Source: Caulobacteraceae bacterium | Lineage (GTDB): Bacteria; Pseudomonadota; Alphaproteobacteria; Caulobacterales; Caulobacteraceae | DNA length: 56,310 bases | Assembly (NCBI GenBank): GCA_031291685.1 | Contig: JARLIP010000101.1 | Coordinates: 1-56,310, forward strand | Direction of reading: 5' to 3' | Part shown: positions 50,280 to 56,310 of the stretch, piece after piece | Numbering within the stretch: position 1 is the stretch's first letter | Layout of the letters: every line of letters begins with the position of its first letter | Program-made: the position numbers and the translations under genes | Notes under the pieces: generated by a model | Databases searched by the model: none | Told to the model about the DNA's origin: nothing | The model's input: the letters and a program-made list of their open reading frames with translations, nothing else

Positions 50280-52588
50280 CCCGGCTCGCCCCCCGTGGCG
50301 AAGGCTTCGATCCCCTTTCCCGCCGGGGCTTCCTGGTGGCGTCCGCCGGAGCCGTGGCCACCTTCGGCTTCGCCCGCGCCATCGAGGCGGCCATGGACCC
50401 GGCCGCGCCGCACGGGGTTCCCGCCACCGCCTCCGGTCCGCGTTTCGATCCGACCCTATGGTTCTCTATCGACAGCGACGGCATGGTCACCGTCAACATC
50501 ATCCGGGCCGAGATGGGCCAGCACGTCTCTTCCGCGATGGCGCAGATCGTGGCCGAGGAACTCGAGGCCGACTGGGACAAGGTGCGCATCACCCATGTGG
50601 ACACCGATCCCAAGTGGGGCCTGATGGTCACCGGAGGCAGTTGGTCGGTCTGGCAGACCTTCCCGATCTTCAGCCGCGCCGGCGCCGCCGGCCGCATGGC
50701 CCTGATCGAGGCCGGCGCCAAGCTCCTGGGCGCCTCCCCCGCCGCCTGCTCGGCCCGCAAGGGCGCGGTGGCAGCCGGCGGTCGCTCCATCACCTATGGC
50801 GAGATCGTGCGCCGGGGCGCCCTGTCGCGGCAATATTCCGCCGACGACCTGGCCAAGCTGCCGATCAAGCCGGTGGACCAGCGCAACCTGATCGGCAAGC
50901 CCGTCGCGGCCCTGGATATCGCCGCCAAGACCACGGGCGCCGCCATCTATGGCATCGACGCCAAGGTTCCGGGGATGGTCTATGCCCGGCCCAAGCTGCC
51001 CCCCACACGCAACGGCTCCAAGGTGGTCTCCGTCGATGACAGCGCCGCCCGCAAGGTAAAGGGCTATCTGCGCTGCATCACCCTGGATGATCCCTCCGAC
51101 ACCGTCCCCGGCTGGGTGATGGTGATCGCCGAGAGCTATCCCGCCGCCATCCGCGCCGCCGACCTGGTCAAGGTCAGCTGGACCGCCGGCCCCGGCGCCG
51201 CCACCTCGGAAAAGGACATCCAGGACCACGCCGCCGGTCTGATCGCCAAGCCGGAGGTCGGGGTCCTGTTGAACACCGGCGGCGGAGACACCGCCGCCGC
51301 CCTCAAGGCCGCCCACACCACCGTCGAGCGCACCTACACCACCTCGACCGTGCTGCACTTCCAACTGGAACCCCTGAACGCCCTGGCCTTCGAGAAGGAC
51401 GGGGTGTTCGAGATTCATACGGGCAACCAGTGGCAAAGCCTGATCATGCCCACCCTGGCCAAGGCCCTGGGCCGGCCTGAAAGCGGCATCGTCATGCGCA
51501 CCTACCTGCTGGGCGGCGGCTTTGGCCGGCGGCTCAACGGGGACTACGCCGTGCCCGCGGCCCTGGCGGCCAAGGCACTGGGCCGGCCGGTGCAGATGAT
51601 CCTGACCCGGGCCGACGACGCGCGCTTCGATTCCGTGCGCTCCCCCTCGGTCCAGACCCTGCGCATGGGCTTTGACGCGGCGGGCAAGGTCACGGCCATG
51701 GAGCACCACGCCGCCGCCGGCTGGCCGACCCTGGTCATGGCGCCGGGCTTCATGCCCAAGGGCCAGGGCGGCGCGCCCTATGATCCCTTCGCCATCTCTG
51801 GCGCCGACCACTGGTATGAGGTGGGGGCGCAGAAGGTCCGGGCCATCTCCAACGACCTGGCCAACTCCACCTTCCGCCCGGGCTGGTTGCGCTCGGTGGG
51901 ACCAGGCTGGACCAACTGGGCCCTGGAAAGCTTCATGGACGAGGCCGCCCGGCGCCTAAGCCTGGACCCCGTCGCCTTCCGCCTGAAGCTCCTGAACGGC
52001 GCTGGCCGCAATGCGGGCTCCGCGCCCTCCGCCGTGGGCGGCGCCCTTCGACAGGCCGAGGTCGTACGCCGGGCCGCGAACCGGGCCGGCTGGGGCCAGG
52101 CCCTGCCCAAGGACACGGGCCTGGGCCTCGCCACCAGCTTTGGCCAGGAGCGGGACATGCCCACCTGGGTCGCCTGCGTGGCCCGGGTCCGGGTGGATCG
52201 CGCCACAGGGGTGGTCACCGTCGAGAAACTCACCAACGTCACCGACGCCGGCGCCATCATCGATCCCGACGGCGCCCGCGCCCAGACCGAGGGCGCCACC
52301 CTGTGGGGGCTGAGCATGACCCTGCACGAGGGCACGGCCTTCGAGAACGGTCAGGTCAAGGACACCAACCTCGACACCTACATGCCCCTGCGCATCGCCG
52401 ACACGCCGGACCTCGACATCAGCTTCGTCGACAGCACCGAGCCCCCGGTGGGCCTGGGGGAGCCGGCGACCACCGTGGTGGCTCCCGCCATCGGCAACGC
52501 CATCTTCGCCGCCGTCGGCGCCCGCCTGCGTCACATCCCCATCACCCCCGAAGCGGTGCGCGCGGCTCTGGCGGGCGGCGCGAGCTAA
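50276..52588 (+). CDS. Molybdopterin-binding subunit (IorB / aldehyde dehydrogenase type), Tat-exported
   Basis: GTGA coupling; SRRGFL Tat motif; EMGQ, TGGSWS, GGGFGRR, GLGEP, NAIFAA.G.RLR. Confidence 0.92.
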   Translation: MTRLAPRGEGFDPLSRRGFLVASAGAVATFGFARAIEAAMDPAAPHGVPATASGPRFDPTLWFSIDSDGMVTVNIIRAEMGQHVSSAMAQIVAEELEADWDKVRITHVDTDPKWGLMVTGGSWSVWQTFPIFSRAGAAGRMALIEAGAKLLGASPAACSARKGAVAAGGRSITYGEIVRRGALSRQYSADDLAKLPIKPVDQRNLIGKPVAALDIAAKTTGAAIYGIDAKVPGMVYARPKLPPTRNGSKVVSVDDSAARKVKGYLRCITLDDPSDTVPGWVMVIAESYPAAIRAADLVKVSWTAGPGAATSEKDIQDHAAGLIAKPEVGVLLNTGGGDTAAALKAAHTTVERTYTTSTVLHFQLEPLNALAFEKDGVFEIHTGNQWQSLIMPTLAKALGRPESGIVMRTYLLGGGFGRRLNGDYAVPAALAAKALGRPVQMILTRADDARFDSVRSPSVQTLRMGFDAAGKVTAMEHHAAAGWPTLVMAPGFMPKGQGGAPYDPFAISGADHWYEVGAQKVRAISNDLANSTFRPGWLRSVGPGWTNWALESFMDEAARRLSLDPVAFRLKLLNGAGRNAGSAPSAVGGALRQAEVVRRAANRAGWGQALPKDTGLGLATSFGQERDMPTWVACVARVRVDRATGVVTVEKLTNVTDAGAIIDPDGARAQTEGATLWGLSMTLHEGTAFENGQVKDTNLDTYMPLRIADTPDLDISFVDSTEPPVGLGEPATTVVAPAIGNAIFAAVGARLRHIPITPEAVRAALAGGAS

Positions 52589-52613
52589 GCTCGCGGACTC
52601 ACCCTCCGCCCTA

Positions 52614-54035
52614 TCACCCGCGATAGGGCGGGCGGCGGTCGATCCAGGGGGTGGCCCGCTCCAGATGGCCGGCGAGGCGGAACAGCAGATCCTCGCGGCC
52701 GAAGTCGGCGATGGCCTGAACCCCGATCGGCAGGCCGTCGGCGCTCATTGCGGCCGGGATCGAGGCGGCGGGCTGGCCGGTCATGTTGAAGGGCGCGGTG
52801 AAGCCCACCCCGGCCACGGCGGCGACGGGCTCCTTGGAGGCGGCGCTCTCGTAATAGGCCAGGGTCGGCGCCGGGCTCGGCATGACTGGGGTCAGCAGGA
52901 TGTCATAGTCCGCCCACCACGCCTTCATCCGCCGCGACCAGGCGTGGATCGCCTCCATCGCCGCCACATAGGCGGTGGCCGGCAGGGTCTTCGCAGCCAT
53001 CAGGGCGGTCTGGGCCGGCTCCATAAGATCGCCAGGGCCGGGCTCCACCCCCGTGCGGCGGATCAGGTCCTCGATCTCATAGCCGACCCAGGCGGTGATC
53101 ACCGTCATCAGCCACATGGGGTTCAACTCGGCATAGGCCGCCGGATGGGCGATCTCCACCTGGCAGCCGGCCGCGCTCAGGATCGCGCCAGTCGCGTGGA
53201 CGGCGGCGGCGCATTGCGGATCGACCGGCCCGGTCAGGGGGCTGTGGTCTAGAAGGCCGACCCTGAGGCCCTTCACCGATCCCGCCACCTCGTCCAGATA
53301 GGCCAGCGGCGTCTTCGGCGCGGCGTAGGGATCGCCGATCCCCGGCTGTGACAGCCAGTCGAGCAGCAAGGCGCTGTCGCGCACCGATCGGGTCAGGACG
53401 TGACGGCAGACGAGGCCGCCCCAGGGATCGGCCTCCAGGGGCGCGTTGGACACCCGACCCCGGCTGGGCTTGAGGCCGAACAGGCCGTTGTGCGAGGCGG
53501 GGATGCGGATCGAGCCGCCCCCATCGCCCCCATGGGCCACGGGGACCATGCGCGAGGCCACCGCCGCCCCCGATCCGCCGCTGGAGCCGCCAGCGCTGTG
53601 ATCCAGGTTCCAGGGATTGCGGGTGGTCCCGTGCGCGTCGGTGGCCGTGTTGATCTGCATGCCAAGCTCGGGCGTGGCGGTCTTGCCGAGGATGATCAGC
53701 CCCGCCCGGCGCATCTGGGCCACCGCATGGGAATCGGCGGCCTCATGCCAGTCCAGCTTCTTCAGATAGACTGACCCGCCATACCAGGGATCGTCGGCGC
53801 TGCCGCCATCCAGATCCTTGATCAGGGTCGGAACGCCGCGCAGGGGCGTGGAGGCCAGGGCGGGATCGTCAGCCGCCTTCAGGGCCTTGTCATAGAGCTT
53901 ATGCACCACCGCGTTGAGGGCCGGGTTCTGGGCCTCGATCCGCTCGATGGCCGCCTCCACCAGCTCCCGAGGTGAAATCTCGCCGGCTTCGATCAGCGCG
54001 GCGCTGGCCACGGCGTCCAGATCTTCCAGGTTCAC
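52614..54035 (-). CDS. Amidase-signature family amidase
   Basis: LIKDL (Lys), AGGSSGGS, DGGGSIRIPAS. Confidence 0.92.
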   Translation of the reverse strand: MNLEDLDAVASAALIEAGEISPRELVEAAIERIEAQNPALNAVVHKLYDKALKAADDPALASTPLRGVPTLIKDLDGGSADDPWYGGSVYLKKLDWHEAADSHAVAQMRRAGLIILGKTATPELGMQINTATDAHGTTRNPWNLDHSAGGSSGGSGAAVASRMVPVAHGGDGGGSIRIPASHNGLFGLKPSRGRVSNAPLEADPWGGLVCRHVLTRSVRDSALLLDWLSQPGIGDPYAAPKTPLAYLDEVAGSVKGLRVGLLDHSPLTGPVDPQCAAAVHATGAILSAAGCQVEIAHPAAYAELNPMWLMTVITAWVGYEIEDLIRRTGVEPGPGDLMEPAQTALMAAKTLPATAYVAAMEAIHAWSRRMKAWWADYDILLTPVMPSPAPTLAYYESAASKEPVAAVAGVGFTAPFNMTGQPAASIPAAMSADGLPIGVQAIADFGREDLLFRLAGHLERATPWIDRRPPYRG

Positions 54036-54142
54036 GGGAACTCCCTTTCAACGGTGATCCAAGGAAGGTCGCTCCGAATCGGCCTGAGGCGAAGGGGCGA
54101 TGGCGGCGGAGCGGGAAGGCGCGCGCCTCACCCTGGCCACAC

Positions 54143-54158
54143 CGATAGTTATGACCAT
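54143..54158. promoter_or_regulatory. Operator-like site CGATAGTTATGACCAT in the divergent amidase/VOC promoter
   Basis: Two mismatches from the palindrome ATAGTCATGACTAT; half-site ATAGTCA at 54244. Confidence 0.5.
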
Positions 54159-54265
54159 TTCGTCATGTTTAACGCAGCCAAATCCCGGATCGGGGCGAAA
54201 CTTTCCCTTGCATCCGCCCTGGAACCGGAACAGATTTGACCAAATAGTCACTTAAGGCTTGGGTC

Positions 54266-55189
54266 ATGAGCACCATCAGGGTTGAGGATATCGCCTTCGT
54301 CCGTTTCCGCGTCCCGGACCTGGAAGGCATGCGCGGCTTTCTTCAGGATTTCGGCCTCACGGTGGCCGACCATGGGGGGCGCCTCTACGCCCGGGGGACC
54401 AGCCCCTCGCCCTTCCTGCACGTGACGGAGCCGGGCGATCCGGGCTTCGCGGGCCTGGGCCTGCGGGCCTCTAGCCTTGAGGACCTGGAGCGCCTGGCCA
54501 AGGCCGAGCAGGCGGCGGTGACCCCCCTGGACGCCCCTGGCGGCGGCTATGTGGTCAACCTCACCGATCCCGACGGGCGCCCGGTCGATGTGGTCGCCGG
54601 TCAGGCTCCGGCGCCCCCCTTGCCCCTGCCCGACCGCGAGGCCTGGAACAGCGCGGCGGCCCACCATCGCCTGCGCCAGCCCCGCCGCACCCTCGCCGGT
54701 CCCGCCCACGTGGTGCGCCTGGGCCACTGCGTGCTCAATGTGGCGGACTTCCGGGCCTCGGAGCGCTGGTACAAGGACCGCTTCGGCTTCATCACCTCCG
54801 ACGAGATCGCCCTGACCCCGGAATTCTCCGTCGGCGCCTTCATGCGCTGCGACCGGGGAGCCGAGCCCACCGATCACCACACCCTCTTTCTGGTGCAAAG
54901 CCCCAGCGGCCCGGGCTTCAACCACGCCGCCTTCGAGGTGGCCGATTTCGATGACCTGATGCTGGGTCACCAGCGCCTCAAGGACGCCGGCCGCAAGGCC
55001 GAATGGGGGGTCGGGCGCCACATCCTGGGCAGTCAGATCTTCGACTATTGGCGCGATCCCTGGGGCCACACCCTGGAACACTGGACCGACGGCGATTTGT
55101 TCACCGCCGAGGACGGCTCCCACGCGGCGACCACCGCCGAACTGATGGGCGTCCAATGGGGCCCCGCCGCGCCCCCAACCATGGCCTGA
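54266..55189 (+). CDS. VOC-family extradiol-type dioxygenase (trihydroxytoluene oxygenase-like)
   Basis: RLGHCVL, DHHT, HAAFEV, WGVGRHILGSQIFDYWRDP.G..LEH..DGD. Confidence 0.88.
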   Translation: MSTIRVEDIAFVRFRVPDLEGMRGFLQDFGLTVADHGGRLYARGTSPSPFLHVTEPGDPGFAGLGLRASSLEDLERLAKAEQAAVTPLDAPGGGYVVNLTDPDGRPVDVVAGQAPAPPLPLPDREAWNSAAAHHRLRQPRRTLAGPAHVVRLGHCVLNVADFRASERWYKDRFGFITSDEIALTPEFSVGAFMRCDRGAEPTDHHTLFLVQSPSGPGFNHAAFEVADFDDLMLGHQRLKDAGRKAEWGVGRHILGSQIFDYWRDPWGHTLEHWTDGDLFTAEDGSHAATTAELMGVQWGPAAPPTMA

Positions 55190-55207
55190 GCCACCGGAGC
55201 AACACCT

Positions 55208-56065
55208 ATGAAACTCGTCACCTTCCAAGCCGGCGGCGCGCCGGAGCTCGGCGTCGTGCAGGACGACCAGGTCATCGCGCTCAACAGGGCCGATCCCAGC
55301 CTGCCCAGGGACATGATCGGCCTGATCGCCGCCTGGCCCACCGCCGAGGCCGCCGTCCGCGCCATCGCCGCCGCGGGCGTTCCGGCCATCCCGCTGGACC
55401 AGGCGCGGCTGCTCGCCCCCATCCGCCGGCCAGGCAAGATCATGGCCATCGGTCTCAACTACGCCGACCACATCGCCGAAAGCGGCCTGGGCACGCCAGA
55501 ACATCAGGTGTGGTTCTCCAAGGCCAGCACCGCCGCCAACGGCCCGTTCGACCCGATCGAAGTCCCCAAGGTCTCCCAGGCCCTGGACTATGAGGCCGAG
55601 CTGGTGGCCGTGGTCGGCCAGGGCGGACGCCACATCGGCAAGGACGCCGCCGCCGGCGCCCTGTTCGGCTATTGCTGTGGCAACGACGCCACCGAGCGCG
55701 CCTGGCAGCACCGCACCCCGCAATGGGTGGTCGGCAAGTCCTTCGACACCCACGCTCCCTTGGGTCCCTGGATCACCACCGCCGACGAGATCCCCGATCC
55801 CCACGCCTTAAGCATCCGCTGCCTGGTCAATGACGAGGTGCGTCAGGACTCCAACACCCGCCATCTGGTGTTCAACATCTGGGATCAGGTCGAGCATCTG
55901 TCCCAGGCCATGACCCTGGAGCCCGGCGACCTGATCTTCACCGGCACCCCCGGCGGGATCGGCGCGGCTATGAAGCCGATGCGGTTCCTGAAGGCCGGCG
56001 ACCGTGTGCGGGTGGAGATCGAGGGCCTGGGCGCCCTCGACAACCCCGTCGAGGCGGAGGTCTAG
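55208..56065 (+). CDS. Fumarylacetoacetate hydrolase family protein
   Basis: IGLNYADH, LDYEAEL, GKSFDT..PLGP, TGTPGG. Confidence 0.92.
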   Translation: MKLVTFQAGGAPELGVVQDDQVIALNRADPSLPRDMIGLIAAWPTAEAAVRAIAAAGVPAIPLDQARLLAPIRRPGKIMAIGLNYADHIAESGLGTPEHQVWFSKASTAANGPFDPIEVPKVSQALDYEAELVAVVGQGGRHIGKDAAAGALFGYCCGNDATERAWQHRTPQWVVGKSFDTHAPLGPWITTADEIPDPHALSIRCLVNDEVRQDSNTRHLVFNIWDQVEHLSQAMTLEPGDLIFTGTPGGIGAAMKPMRFLKAGDRVRVEIEGLGALDNPVEAEV

Positions 56066-56067
56066 CC

Positions 56068-56310
56068 GTGGCCCAAAGCGCCGCCTTCGATTGCGACGTC
56101 CTGATCGTCGGCCTCGGCCCCGTGGGCGCGGGGCTGGCCGCCCTGCTCAGCCGCCAGGGCGTCTCGACCATCGCGGTGGACAAGGACACCGAGGTCTATC
56201 CCCTGCCCCGGGCCGCCCACTTCGACCACGAGATCATGCGGCTGTTCCAGCAGCTCGGGATCGCCGAGGCGGTCCTGAAGCACGCCCGGGTCGCGCCGGC
56301 CTACGAGTTC
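56068..56310 (+). CDS. MhpA-like FAD-dependent aromatic hydroxylase (5' part; truncated by the window end)
   Basis: Manual translation: MAQSAAFDCDVLIVGLGPVG...VYPLPRAAHFDHEIMRLFQ. Confidence 0.85.
   Translation, partial: MAQSAAFDCDVLIVGLGPVGAGLAALLSRQGVSTIAVDKDTEVYPLPRAAHFDHEIMRLFQQLGIAEAVLKHARVAPAYEF

Overview
High-GC alphaproteobacterial chromosome segment; gene content and style suggest Caulobacteraceae. The left edge is the integrase end of a genomic island inserted at the 3' end of guaA. Core genes follow: guaA, RsmB-family methylase, guaB, rlmE, ppx, hspQ, an orphan ribE plus degenerate ribH, GntR, tamAB, an ATP-grasp/alpha-E/transglutaminase operon, yaiI, cysTWA, two tandem globin-coupled chemoreceptors, an FAD monooxygenase, and a coq4-like/hydrolase/DUF2147 operon with two TetR paralogues. 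The standout locus (34.7-46.9 kb) has a TonB-dependent receptor and an ECF sigma factor with no anti-sigma. These are followed by five tandem paralogues (four intact, one pseudogene) of small Sec-secreted, 4-Cys, Thr/Gly/Ser-rich proteins resembling PraA/PraB. Three of them carry an identically spaced ECF-type promoter and a conserved 61-nt structured leader. Next to the array lies a MacAB-TolC-type exporter, whose permease has an in-frame TAG, and a small lipoprotein. I interpret this as a candidate two-step secretion system for surface coat or fibre proteins. The right end is catabolic: a FumI-like aminotransferase, a three-subunit Mo aldehyde dehydrogenase, an amidase, a VOC dioxygenase, an FAH hydrolase and an MhpA-like monooxygenase. 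All family calls come from motif recognition; no database searches were run.
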